A stretch of DNA of 64,000 nt, taken from positions 186,001 to 250,000 of the forward strand of contig OZ251224.1 of the NCBI GenBank assembly GCA_965240325.2. The letters run 5' to 3'. Positions 12,301-23,401 of this stretch are shown one piece after another. The DNA comes from Rebecca billardiae RCC1528 (lineage: Eukaryota > Protista > Haptophyta). A model generated the notes under the pieces. The model was not told the DNA's origin. It was given only the letters and a program-made list of their open reading frames with translations, and ran no database searches. Within the stretch, counting starts at the first letter, position 1, and each line of letters begins with the position of its first letter. The position numbers and the translations under genes were made by a program.

Positions 12301-15300
12301 GTGCAGGCGGTGGCGACGGTGGCGGCAATGGCGGCGGGCTCGGCGGCGGGCTCGGCGGTGGCGGCAACGGTGGTGGCGACGGTCGCGGCGATGGTGGCTG
12401 GCTTGGTGGCGGGCTTGGCGGTGGCGGTGCAGGCGGTGGTGTGGGTGGCGGCAACGGTGGTGGGCTCGGCGGCGGGCTCGGCGGTGGCGGCAGCGGCGGC
12501 TGCGATGGTGGCGGCAACGGTGGTGGGCTCGGTGGGGGGCTCGGCGGTGGCGCCAACGGCGGCGGTGATGGCGGCGGCAACGGTGGTGGGCTCGGTGGCG
12601 GGTTCGGCGGTGGGGGCAGCGGCGGCGGTGATGGTGGCGGTGACGGTGGTGGGCTCGGTGGTGGGCTCGGCGGTGGCGGCAACGGTGGTGGCGACGGTGG
12701 AGGCAAAGGTGGCGGCACCGGTGGCGGGCGTGGCGGTGGCGGTGCAGGCGGTGGTGTGGGTGGCGGCAACGGTGGTGGGCTCGGCGGCGGGCTCGGCGGT
12801 GGCGGCAGCGGCGGCTGCGATGGTGGCGGCAACGGTGGTGGGCTCGGTGGGGGGCTCGGCGGTGGCGCCAACGGCGGCGGTGATGGCGGCGGCAACGGTG
12901 GTGGGCTCGGTGGCGGGTTCGGCGGTGGGGGCAGCGGCGGCGGTGATGGTGGCGGTGACGGTGGTGGGCTCGGTGGTGGGCTCGGCGGTGGCGGCAACGG
13001 TGGTGGCGACGGTGGAGGCAAAGGTGGCGGCACCGGTGGCGGGCGTGGCGGTGGCGGTGCAGGCGGCGGTGAAGGTGGCGGCAATGGCGGCGGGCTCGGC
13101 GGCGGGCTCGGCGGTGGCGGCAACGGTGGCGGCGACGGTGGAGGCAAAGGTGGCGGCACCGGTGGCGGGCTTGGGGGTGGCAGTGCAGGCGGTGGCGACG
13201 GTGGCGGCAATGGCGGCGGGCTCGGCGGCGGGCTCGGCGGTGGCGGCAACGGTGGCGGCGACGGTGGCGGCGATGGTGGCTGGCTTGGTGGCGGGCTTGG
13301 CGGTGGCGGTGCAGGCGGTGGTGAAGGTGGCGGCACCGGTGGTGGGCTCGGTGGCGGGCTCGGCGGTGGCGGCAGCGGCGGCGGTGATGGTGGCGGCAAC
13401 GGTGGTGGGCTCGGCTGCGGGCTCGGCGGTGGCGGCAGCTGCGGCGGTGATGGTGGCGGTGACGGTGGTGGGCTCGGTGGTGGGCTCGGCGGTGGCGCCA
13501 ACGGCGGCGGTGATGGCGGCGGCAACGGTGGTGGGCTCGGTGGCGGGTTCGGCGGTGGGGGCAGCGGCGGCGGTGATGGTGGCGGTGACGGTGGTGGGCT
13601 CGGTGGTGGGCTCGGCGGTGGCGGCAACGGTGGTGGCGACGGTGGAGGCAAAGGTGGCGGCACCGGTGGCGGGCGTGGCGGTGGCGGTGCAGGCGGCGGT
13701 GAAGGTGGCGGTGACGGTGGTGGGCTCGGTGGCGGGCTCGGCGGTGGCGGCAACGGTGGTGGCGACGGTGGAGGCAAAGGTGGCGGCACCGGTGGCGGGC
13801 TTGGCGGTGGCGGTGCAGGCGGCGGTGAAGGTGGCGGCAATGGCGGCGGGCTCGGCGGCGGGCTCGGCGGTGGCGGCAACGGTGGCGGCGACGGTGGAGG
13901 CAAAGGTGGCGGCACCGGTGGCGGGCTTGGGGGTGGCAGTGCAGGCGGTGGCGACGGTGGCGGCAATGGCGGCGGGCTCGGCGGCGGGCTCGGCGGTGGC
14001 GGCAACGGTGGCGGCGACGGTGGCGGCGATGGTGGCTGGCTTGGTGGCGGGCTTGGCGGTGGCGGTGCAGGCGGTGGCGACGGTGGCGGCAATGGCGGCG
14101 GGCTTGGCGGCGGGCTCGGCGGTGGCGGCAACGGTGGCGGCGACGGTGGCGGCGATGGTGGCTGGCTTGGTGGCGGGCTTGGCGGTGGCGGTGCAGGCGG
14201 TGGTGAAGGTGGCGGCAACGGTGGTGGGCTCGGTGGCGGGCTCGGCGGTGGCGGCAACGGCGGCGGTGATGGTGGCGGTGACGGCGGCGGCCTCGGTGGC
14301 GGGCTCGGCGGTGGCGGCAACGGTGGCGGCGACGGTGGCGGCGATGGTGGCTGGCTTGGTGGCGGGCTTGGCGGTGGCGGTGCAGGCGGTGGTGAAGGTG
14401 GCGGCACCGGTGGCGGGCTCGGCGGCGGGCTGCGGGGTGGCGGCACCGGTGGCGGCGATGGTGGCGGTGACGGTGGCGGCCTCGGTGGCGGGCTCGGCGG
14501 TGGCGGCAACGGTGGCGGCGACGGTGGAGGCAAAGGTGGCGGCACCGGTGGCGGGCTTGGCGGTGGCGGTGGTGAAGGTGGCGGTGACGGTGGTGGGCTC
14601 GGCGGCGGGCTCGGCGGTGGTGGCAACGGTGGCGGCGACGGTGGCGGGCTTGGAGGTGGCGGTGACGGTGGTGGGCTCGGTGGCGGGCTTGGCGGTGGCG
14701 GGAACGGTGGCGGCGACGGTGGCGCTGACGGTGGCGGTGACGGTGGTGGGCTCGGCGGCGGGTTCGGCGGTGGCGGCACGGGCGGCGGTGACGGTGGCGG
14801 CAACGGTGGCGGGCTCGGCGGCGGGCTTGGGGGTGGTGGCAACGGTGGCGCCGATGGTGGCGGTGACGGTGGCGGGCTCGGTGGCGGGCTTGGCGGTGGC
14901 GGCAACGGTGGCGGCGACGGTGGCGGCGCTGGTGGCTGGCTCGGTGGCGGGCTTGGCGGTGGCGGTGCGGGCGGTGGCGACGGTGGCGGCACCGGTGGCG
15001 GGCTCGGTGGCGGGCTCGGCGGTGGCGGCAACGGTGGCGGCGATGGTGGCGGGGACGGTGGCGGGCGCGGAGGCGGGCTCGGAGGTGGCGGTGCTGGCGG
15101 CGGCGAAGGGGGGGGCACCGGTGGTGGTGGGCTCGGCGGCGGGCTCGGCGGTGGCGGAGCAGACGGGGGCGATGGTGGCGGGCTCGGTGGAGGGCTCGGC
15201 GGCAACACTGGTGGCGGGCTCGGTGGTGGGCCAGGCGGGGGGCGTGGAGGCGGTGAGGGCGGTGGCGATGGTGGTGAGCTCGGCGGTGGCGGTGACGGTG

Positions 15301-16657
15301 GCGGCGATGGCGGCGGGCGCGGCGGCGATGGCGGTGACGGCGGGCTCGGCGGCGGCGACGGCGACGTGATCCCGCCCCGCTGCAAGTACCACAGCGCGCC
15401 CGCATTCGACCCGCCGTCGTCGTCGCCCGGCGCGCCGACGAGCAGGTCGAGCGCGCCGTCGCCGTCCACGTCGGCCGCGCCGAGTGCCGAGCCGAAGGCG
15501 TCGAAGTCGCCGAGCTCGAGGCTCAGGTTGGCGGAGAGCTGCGAGAGCTTCTGCTCGGCGTGCACGGTGCCGTTCGGCGTGAGGAGGAGCACGTACACCG
15601 CGCCCGCGTCGTTGGCCCCGTCCAGGTCCGCCGACGCGCCGACCGCGCAGTCCGCCACCCCGTCCCCGTCCACGTCCCCGAGTGCGGCCGCGCTGTACCC
15701 GAAGAAGAGGTTGTTGATCAGAGGGTCGGACAGCCCGCCCACCGCGGAGCCGATCATCTGCTCGGCGGAGACCGTGCCGCCGGCGGTGAGCATCAGCACG
15801 TACACCGCGCCGCGCCGGTTCCCGCCCTGGTCCGAGTCCTGCGCGCCCACCACCACGTCGGGCACGCCGTCGCCGTTCAGATCGCCCAGCGCGGCGAGCG
15901 CGCACCCAAACTTGTCGGTCGGGCCGAGCGAGGCGCCGAGCCCGCCGCCGCCCTCCTCGATCTTGGCGTGGGAGCGGACGGCGGTCGCGTTCGCGGCGAG
16001 GAAGAGCACCCACACGGCGCCACCCCCGTCGCCGGGCGAGCCGACCAGCAGCTCGAGCTGCCCGTCGCCGTCCAGGTCGCCCGGGCTGGCGAGCGCGGTG
16101 CCAAAGTCGTCAAACGCGGCGAGGCTGCCGGCAAAGCCGGCCGTGCCCTGGGTGATCTCCACGTGGGACTTGACGGCGCCGCTGACCTGAAGGAAGCAGA
16201 TGTACACGGCCCCCCGGCCCGTCGCGCCGCCCTCCCTCGCGCCGATCGCCGCGTCGGGCACGCCGTCGTGGTCTGCGTCTCCGAGCGCGCCCACCGCCGA
16301 CCCAAACTTGCCGTCCGCGTCGAAGGTGGGGAGGCCGCCCTCGCCGGAGGCGAGGCGATGGGCGTCGCGGACGGTGCCGTTTCGTCGCATGAAGAGCACC
16401 AGCGCCGCGCCGTCCGTGCTCGCCGCCCCTTCCAGGCCGGCGATCGCGTCGGTCACGCCGTCCCCGTCCAGGTCGCCCACAAACGCAAGCCCGCGCTCGC
16501 CCAGGAGCTCGCCGGCCGTGACGGCGGACGGGCCGAGGCCACCCTGCTGAGGAGCGAGCTTTTGCTCGAGGCTCACGCTCCATAAATGCGCGCTCGCTGC
16601 GGGCGCAAGCGCAAGCAGCAGCGCGAGCAGGCGCCAGGGACGCCGCTGGCGCCGCAT
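1175..16657 (-). CDS. Giant polycystin-1/REJ-like cell-surface receptor: signal peptide, FG-GAP beta-propeller, extensin-like Pro/Ser stalk, IPT/TIG repeats, PKD/REJ module, GAIN/GPS, 5 TM helices, EF-hand pair
   Basis: 5160-aa ORF. Signal peptide LLALLLALAPAASA; six DxD/NGDG FG-GAP repeats; IPT motifs (SVHPPGGPVRGGTVVTVVGAGF); REJ motifs (NRPPWGGALSVSPPSGVALQTRFRL, DLPLSYAF); GPS CVFWD...W...GC...CACNHLTDF; PKD1-like TM motifs (YALSFG...EEPII); EF loops DADGNGAIDTSE and DTDGSGAVSYAE. Confidence 0.88.
8420..15365 (-). repeat. Coding minisatellite (SPPP/LPPP/VPPP units) with higher-order duplications, including a 1197-bp tandem duplication
   Basis: Continuous GGY-rich repeat on the + strand; rare variants recur at exactly 1197-bp offset (ggttgcagtg 10404/11601; gacggtcgcg 11181/12378). 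Confidence 0.95.
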
Positions 16658-16958
16658 GGCCCTCTTTGATCAGCCGCGTGCGGATACCAACCGTGCGAGA
16701 AACTGCGATGGCGTCGCTCCAGCCTCCACCAATCCACCAGCAATCAACTTTCGAATACTACTATAATATGGTGGACGTCAACGGCTTTGAAAGGTGGCTA
16801 ACGATATCGTTGCGACTGCCGTAGTGCATGGGAGCGGAGAAGATCAGAGTTGGATCGCCCTCGCCTCGGGTTGCCGGCCACCCACCCAGTCCCAGGCCGT
16901 CGCGTCATGACGAGTCACACCCTTTGAACAGCACCCGCGCAGGCTACTGAACCGCATT

Positions 16959-18917
16959 TCACAGGACGGTGAGGCGGCTACCCGTCAACGCCGCCGACGC
17001 CTGACGAGTCTCCGTCGTCGCCCGCCTGACGCGTGGCAGCGGCGCCGATGGCTCCTGCGTCACCGCGATCGCGGGCGAGTCGCTGTCGACGTCGATCGCT
17101 GAGCGGCGCGCCGATGCCGAGCCAAAAGCGCTCCGCGCCGTGCCCAGCGCCACGAGCTCAAGCGAGGAGCGCCCGGTGAGCGAGGCGGGGAAGTGGTCGT
17201 GTGGCAAAGCGGCCGGCTCCTCGGCGGCCGCGCTGGCACGGCGCCGAGGGTTGTACCGCAGCACGTCGAGCGGCTGCTTGGCGTTGGCCTTGGCCTGCGC
17301 GAGGCCAAGCAGGCTGCCCAGCTGCGCCGCCACCGCCTCCACCGCCAACACGTCCGCCGCCTCGAACGGCAGGGCGCGGCGCGCGGCGGGGCCATCCGCG
17401 AGATTCATCGATTGCACGCGGTCTAGCAGCAGCAGCACGCCGATCACCTCCTCGCCCCCGCGCGTCAACGGCACCGCAAGCGCCGACTTGCCCGCGAGCA
17501 CGTGCGAGCGCGCGCTCGCATGCCCGCCCGCTGCTGCGCTTCGCGCTTCGCACTTTGGGTCCACGACCACGGTGTCGGCGTGCTCGAGGGCGGCGGCGGA
17601 GAGCTGCGGGATGGCTGCCAGCACGGCAGCGCCCGTGCCGCCCTTGCCTCCCTCGGCGCGCGCCGCCGTGTGCACGACGCGCAGCCTGCTGTGACGCCTC
17701 CACGGCTTTGGATCGGGCAGCAGCACACTCGCGCAGCGGACGGCCATGCTCTCCGCGAGCAGCGCGGCGATGCGCTCGATGTACTCGCGCAGCGCGCTCG
17801 CGGCGAGGGCGTGCGCGTCGCCCTCGCCCGCGAGCGCGGTCTGCGCATCCTCCAGAGCCCCGCTCGCTGCGCGCAGCAGCCGCTTGCGTCGGTACGCCGG
17901 TGGCGGGCCCGCAGGCTGGGCAAGCCGATCGCGCGCCGGCTCGCCCTCGGACGCAGCGCGGTGCAGGGGCGGCATGGCCGGCGCATCGACTGGCTCGTGG
18001 GCCGGGGAGGCATCCTCGTCGGGAGGAGCGAGCGAGAGCGGGCGGTTGCGGCGCGGCGGGTCCGTGAAGGGCCCCCTCGCTTGCAGCACGCTCGCCATGG
18101 GCGAGCGGCCATGCGTCGCGAGCGAGGATGAGATCGGCGGGGTGCGCGCCGAGGGGAGCGGCGAAGCAGCGCCGTCCGACGAGGGAGTCGGGGCGGAGGA
18201 CGGAGGCGTGGCAGTGGTCGTGGGGCTGGGTGCGGCCGAGGAGAGGGACACGGACACCGACAGGCCCTGTACCCACCCAGGCGTGCGCGGCCGAGAGCTG
18301 GGCATCGGCGGCGGGAGAGCGTGCAGAGGCGAGGCTGTGCGCGGCCGATGCATGCGCGAGGCCAAAGGGCCCACGCGGCGCGGAAGCGCATCGACCTCCG
18401 CCTCGGCCGAGGGCGCGTCCTCCAGCTGCTGCGCCGGCACCATCAGGCCCGGGAAGCCAGCGCTGAGGCCCGCATGCGTCCACGGCTGCGACCGCGGCTG
18501 CGCGTGCGCGTTTCCGTGCCTCGGCCACACGGGCTCGTCGTCTGCGCGCTCGCGCTTGAAGGATGATGTTGTGGCCTCCGCGTCGGCGCACGGGGATGAA
18601 GTGGCACTCTTCGCGCTCACCACGTCAGCAGGCGGGCTGATGAGGGGCACAAGTGTTGTTTTGGCGTCGCTATCCCCTGACTCAAATGCCGCGTGCGAGA
18701 GAGGCGTGCGCGGTACGCTCAGCGTCGCGGTCGCTGCGGGCATTGCAGCTGCTGCCGCCGGCTTTGGCGAGGAGACCTCGACATCGCCCCACGCGACCAC
18801 GCTCGAAGGGCGAGTGCTCTGTGGAGCCGGTGTGGCGAGTGGGCGGGCTGGAGGAAGGGAGATCCGCCACTGTTGCGCCTGCGAGGGCACGTCCGCGACG
18901 CGCACGTCGCGGAGCAT
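16959..18917 (-). CDS. GAF domain-containing protein with long disordered N-terminus (start uncertain)
   Basis: 652-aa ORF; C-terminal GAF-like motifs KSALAVPLTRGGEEVIGVLLLLDR and PFEAADVLAVEAVAAQLGSLL. Confidence 0.65.
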   Translation of the reverse strand: MLRDVRVADVPSQAQQWRISLPPARPLATPAPQSTRPSSVVAWGDVEVSSPKPAAAAAMPAATATLSVPRTPLSHAAFESGDSDAKTTLVPLISPPADVVSAKSATSSPCADAEATTSSFKRERADDEPVWPRHGNAHAQPRSQPWTHAGLSAGFPGLMVPAQQLEDAPSAEAEVDALPRRVGPLASRMHRPRTASPLHALPPPMPSSRPRTPGWVQGLSVSVSLSSAAPSPTTTATPPSSAPTPSSDGAASPLPSARTPPISSSLATHGRSPMASVLQARGPFTDPPRRNRPLSLAPPDEDASPAHEPVDAPAMPPLHRAASEGEPARDRLAQPAGPPPAYRRKRLLRAASGALEDAQTALAGEGDAHALAASALREYIERIAALLAESMAVRCASVLLPDPKPWRRHSRLRVVHTAARAEGGKGGTGAAVLAAIPQLSAAALEHADTVVVDPKCEARSAAAGGHASARSHVLAGKSALAVPLTRGGEEVIGVLLLLDRVQSMNLADGPAARRALPFEAADVLAVEAVAAQLGSLLGLAQAKANAKQPLDVLRYNPRRRASAAAEEPAALPHDHFPASLTGRSSLELVALGTARSAFGSASARRSAIDVDSDSPAIAVTQEPSAPLPRVRRATTETRQASAALTGSRLTVL

Positions 18918-19043
18918 CGCACCACACGCCGGTGCGCAGAGGACCCAGCCAGGTCTGCCAGGAGGCGCGAATCTTCTGCTTGCGCCCAGCTACGACTACT
19001 GTTCAAAACTAGTTTCCAGGTCTCTCTTCGGAGAGCGTGCGAT

Positions 19044-19104
19044 GAAGGATGGCGCGGCAACCTGCCACCGTGAGCCTTACGCACGTTAAAACAAATAAAC
19101 TGTA
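19044..19104 (+). repeat. 61-bp dispersed repeat, copy 1 (possible retroposon 3' end)
   Basis: Identical to the reverse complement of 31866-31926; contains AATAAA near its end. Confidence 0.85.
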
Positions 19105-21381
19105 ACTTTTACCACTTTGCCTTTGGCGGTAGACTGGTACAGGCGGGTAGGGTTCCGTTGATGCGGTAATAAACTTATATGGGTTGGCGCTGCGCGTCAA
19201 CTTGGGCTGGAAACCTGTTTCTGAAACGCATGATGGCACGCCGGGCCGGTAGCCCGAGCTCGGAATTCCGACGCTGCCAACGGCGCCACAGGGGCGCAGC
19301 GGCGGGGCTGACGACGCGCGCGCGTGTGCACGTCTGACCACGGAGTGCGCGCTGCAATGACTGGCCCGTCCGCAGCACCACGCCCCGCGCTGTGAGTGAG
19401 AGTGTGGCCCGCGCCCAAGCGAGAACGCGGGCCGGGCGGCACTCCGCCGACCTCGCCGGCCGCCGACCAGCCCGCGGCCGCCTGCTGCAGCTCGTGGAAC
19501 ACGCAGTCGCGCGCTCGCGCGTGGAGGGCGGACCTGCGCGTATGCGCCCGCCGGGCTTGCCGCTTCATCCGCTGGCACCGCAGTGCAGGTCGAGCCGTCC
19601 GCCGCCCACCGAGCCGGCGCCACGCCTCGCGCTCGTGCTCGAGCTGAGGCGGCGGCGTGTCGCCCGAGCCGGCGGGGTCGCGCGCGTGCGCGTGGTGGGC
19701 AGCCTCGCGCGTGCGCCCGCCGCGCGCCCCGCGTCTCTCGCTTGGCGCCGCACGCGAGCCGCTCGTCGCGCGACCGAACGAGACGTCAATCGCAAGGGCG
19801 ACCCTTGGAATGGCGTGGGCTCTCCGCCTTGTCGTCCTTCACGGCCCTTGGTCGATGCGAGGCGCGGTTGCTCCGATGCTCGTAGTCCAATGCAAGATGA
19901 TACCCGCGTGCCAATATCAGCGCGCCCCTCTGCTCGTGAAATGTCTAGCGAGAAAGTGACGGATCGTGTGAATGTGAAGTGTGAACTCGCGACACGACGA
20001 ATGGGCCGATGCGATTCGCGCGAATGTGAGTACGCAAAACGCCGAACGACGAGCGGCTTTTGTCCTATCGAGCGCGTAAGTGGGTACGCGAATTCCGCTT
20101 ATGTGACCCGGCGACAAACTGGGCCGGTGGTGAGCCGGGGCGTCAAATAAAGGGGTGCGACGGGCTGGTCCCCAGCGTGAAGTCGTGCCTTTGTTCTCGT
20201 GGGTTTCCAGAACGTGGCGCTCATATACTTTTGCAACGGCCCTTGTTCCTTGGTTCATTGTTCAAGCGGTGGATTCGTTCGGCAGGGACCAAGGAAGGAA
20301 TCCACAATGATGGATTCCAATTCACGAGCACGCGATACTGTGCATCCGCTGGTAACCCCCCGCCCCACCGGCCGGGCGCGCGTGACTCACGCTGGGCGGG
20401 TCGGGCTCCTCTCCTGCGGCACGCCGCACGCCGCACGCCGCACGGCCGCAGGCGCGCGCGGCGTGTACGCCGAATGCAAGTCAGGCAGGCGCTTGGCGCG
20501 AGTGGTGGTATCGCTTCTTCGTCTGTCTTCCGTAGCGTCGATCGCATGCGCAACGCACGTGCCCTGCGCAAGTACACCCTCCTCGTGCTCCGTGTCACTC
20601 GGAGAAGCCCCGCGTGAGGGATCTTGAGCTCGAGATACAACGTCGAGCACCACTGGCGCTGGGGAGCAGCCCACCCGGACGGGTAGCGACCGTCGTCGAA
20701 TCGGAATACGACGTGACACCCCTCCTGCAGCACCACGCCGGCAGCCAGACGATCGCCTGTGCACTTGCAGATGTTTGAGCACCATTCCAAATCTGCTTCG
20801 CGGCAAGTGTTCAAACACTCGTTTGGCTCCGCCTGGGCGCCGTAGCACGGGAGAAGGAGAAGAGCGGCGGCGGTGATAATGTTCGGGTCGTCGATGGGTA
20901 TGGTCCCAAAGCTGCCCCCCAGCGTGCGCGCGCCCGCTGGCGCCGACTACCTCAGTGACTTGAGCACCCCACCGTGGCCGCCCACCCAAATATGCTTCGC
21001 ATTCAGAAGCATACTGCGGAAAGGGGACGATACTCTAGATGATTACCCAGCACGGCACGCTACCGTTGCTGCTGGTTATTGATCGCCCGTCGGCTGCTGG
21101 GTGCTGGGACCGCGACAGACTGCGACCGAGGTCTACTACTGTCAATAACTGAACAACGACGATTACGAGCCAGAGGAGTCTCAACGGTCCTGCTGGCTGA
21201 TATGATATTCGCTCATATGCCGTCGCCACCGCGTGCCTCGCGCAGGGCTGCGGACGGCGCTGATGAACTGCGAATCGGCTTCGTGAGTTCGTCCGACCGT
21301 ACGGGGCTACGGCGCTAGGCCATCGGCGACGACTTCACTATCGGGGCGGTGGCAGTTGGCAGCGGGCGCCGTCAATCTCGA

Positions 21382-21410
21382 TCGCCTGCCTGAGCTGTGT
21401 GCGTCGTCTC
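21382..21410 (+). repeat. Short dispersed repeat TCGCCTGCCTGAGCTGTGTGCGTCTC
   Basis: Same motif at 22897-22928, partially at ~22864, and reverse-complemented at ~52510-52551. Confidence 0.7.
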
Positions 21411-21436
21411 ATATTATTATTCGATTAGTCGTATAT

Positions 21437-21580
<144 letters not shown>

Positions 21581-21591
21581 AACTGTATTAG

Positions 21592-22773
21592 CTAGTGCCT
21601 GTCCCTGTGCCTGCGAGTCGCTGACGTTCGGCCAGCACCGAGCACGGTGTGCGGCCCAAGAGCCGCACCACCAGATGCCAGGCGCACATATGCTTTGGCG
21701 ATGAGCTTCATGGTGCTCTGCTGCACTGAGCCCGCCGGGTCCTGCAGCCCCCGCTGGCGCACTAGCTGCGCCTCTGTGATGATGGCGCACCGCTTGACGC
21801 AGTCATCGGCGGGCGTTCCGCTTGTGCAGTTCGCGGCGCCCGGTTTCGCCACAGCGCGAGCGATGGTGGAGAACGAGAAGGCGAGCTCGAAGTCGGCCTC
21901 GCTCCGCAGCAGGGGTGCGCGTCTGTGCGCAACGATCGCCCTCGTGATCTCCGGCCGCTTCTTGCGCAGCCGCCCAGCGAGGTGCCAGATGCACGTGCGC
22001 TTGTACTGGCGTGCCATCACGCCGATGCCGCGCACGGCCTGCACGTGGGTGCGGATCCGTGGGAACAGCGCCTTGAGCGCAGCCTGCTCCCAGTCGTGGC
22101 GGAGCTGAAACTTGCGCGAGTAGCTGTCGGGCGCATCCCACCACTGGCAGAGGATGCGCGCGAGGTGCGCATCGTTCACCAGGTGCATGACGCCCGAGTT
22201 GAACGGCCTGCCGTAGTACGGGTAGCCGTCATACGCGCTGATCGTGACGTCTGCGCGCGAGCCGATGGTGCACGCGTGGATCGGCCGCCCTGGCGCCATG
22301 AAGAGGGCGTCGGTGTCCATCCACATCAGTGCCTCGGGCTTGACGCGCTCGGAGACGTGCCAGAGCGCGAGAAGCTTGCACCACGCAGCCGATCGGAAGC
22401 CACTCGAGTTGTCTGCGAGGAAGTGCCCGGCATGGACAGCGCTCACGTGAGCGCGTGCCGCCTCGCCAACATCGATCGAGGCCGAGGGGAGAATCGCAAA
22501 CGCAAAGTTGTAGCCGTGGCGCTTGGCGAAGGCGTAGTTGAGCGCGGTGCCATATGGCACATACGAGGTATTGCTCATGCTCGCAGTCGCGAAGGGCGAG
22601 TTGGTGTCCGCGCTCACCAGAACCATCTGCGAGGGGTGCGAAACAACGGGCCGCGTGCCAGGTGGGCTTATCTCGCGGGGCGCCAGCACTTCGCCCTGGC
22701 CACGGCCAACGAGACTCACGAGCACACGCAGGAGAGCGGCCCATGTGCGCAGCTGTAGTGCTCGTGCGCGCAT
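21592..22773 (-). CDS. Glycosyltransferase family 34 (GMA12/MNN10-like)
   Basis: N-terminal hydrophobic anchor; NYAFAKRHGY, AAWCKLLAL, DxD motif WMDTDA, FNSGV, WEQAAL. Confidence 0.82.
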   Translation of the reverse strand: MRARALQLRTWAALLRVLVSLVGRGQGEVLAPREISPPGTRPVVSHPSQMVLVSADTNSPFATASMSNTSYVPYGTALNYAFAKRHGYNFAFAILPSASIDVGEAARAHVSAVHAGHFLADNSSGFRSAAWCKLLALWHVSERVKPEALMWMDTDALFMAPGRPIHACTIGSRADVTISAYDGYPYYGRPFNSGVMHLVNDAHLARILCQWWDAPDSYSRKFQLRHDWEQAALKALFPRIRTHVQAVRGIGVMARQYKRTCIWHLAGRLRKKRPEITRAIVAHRRAPLLRSEADFELAFSFSTIARAVAKPGAANCTSGTPADDCVKRCAIITEAQLVRQRGLQDPAGSVQQSTMKLIAKAYVRLASGGAALGPHTVLGAGRTSATRRHRDRH

Positions 22774-22863
22774 GCTGCTGTTCGGTCATGCATCCGGCGG
22801 TCCGTACCCCCAATCCCCCATACTGTACAATACTGGTACTTGTACGGTGGTGGTTGGTTATTA

Positions 22864-22928
22864 CTGTGTGCGTCTCTTATTCTTAGTAAACTGTAATCTC
22901 GCCTGCCTGAGCTGTGTGCGTCTCTTAT
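22864..22928 (+). repeat. Short dispersed repeat (partial plus full copy of the 21382 motif)
   Basis: ctgtgtgcgtctcttat occurs twice; the second copy is preceded by tcgcctgcctgag. Confidence 0.7.
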
Positions 22929-23401
22929 AATTCTTAGTACAGTTTGTACCGTGTACAATACGTACGGTACGCGGATTCAAGGAAATGACGAAGGATGAAT
23001 GATCCGCTCCGCCGACTGTCGTGGCGAGTCCTAGTGCCCAATGGCGGAGTGGCGGCGAGGTGCGGCGGACGTCGCGGGGGTTGCGGGCGCGCGACTTGCG
23101 TCGCGCCATCGTCCACACTCCCGCACACGGCACGCGGCGGCGGCGGGCGGACAAGCCGCCAGGCGACCGACCGGGACGCCGGAGCGCGCACAGGATTGAC
23201 TTCAGGTGCCGGTGGCCGGCGCGACGAGAGTCACGCGGAGCGCAGGCTGCAGCATCTGGGCGACGAACCGGTGGCTGTCACCGCCTGCCACGCCTGCCCC
23301 CGACCACGCCCCGCTGGCCACGGCACGCGCGCGCCTGCCGGGCGCGCGCGCACGCGCCAAGGCGCCCGAGCTGTGCGGAGCCGTGCGGAGCTGTTGCGGC
23401 C

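Noticed and set aside
7152-16190. Multi-kilobase alternative-frame ORFs (Gly-rich, Thr/Ala antifreeze-like, His/Arg-rich, Val/Ala-rich)
   Set aside because: These are stop-free shadows of the GGY/RCC repeat; only the Pro frame connects recognisable domains.
19000-19110. Hammerhead ribozyme in the 61-bp repeat
   Set aside because: No CUGANGA/GAAA core in the correct arrangement on either strand.
19900-21320. Possible gene or pseudogene on the minus strand (Cys-rich 20221-20814, hydrophobic 21035-21229)
   Set aside because: Fragmented by stops and no recognisable family; needs RNA-seq or BLASTX.
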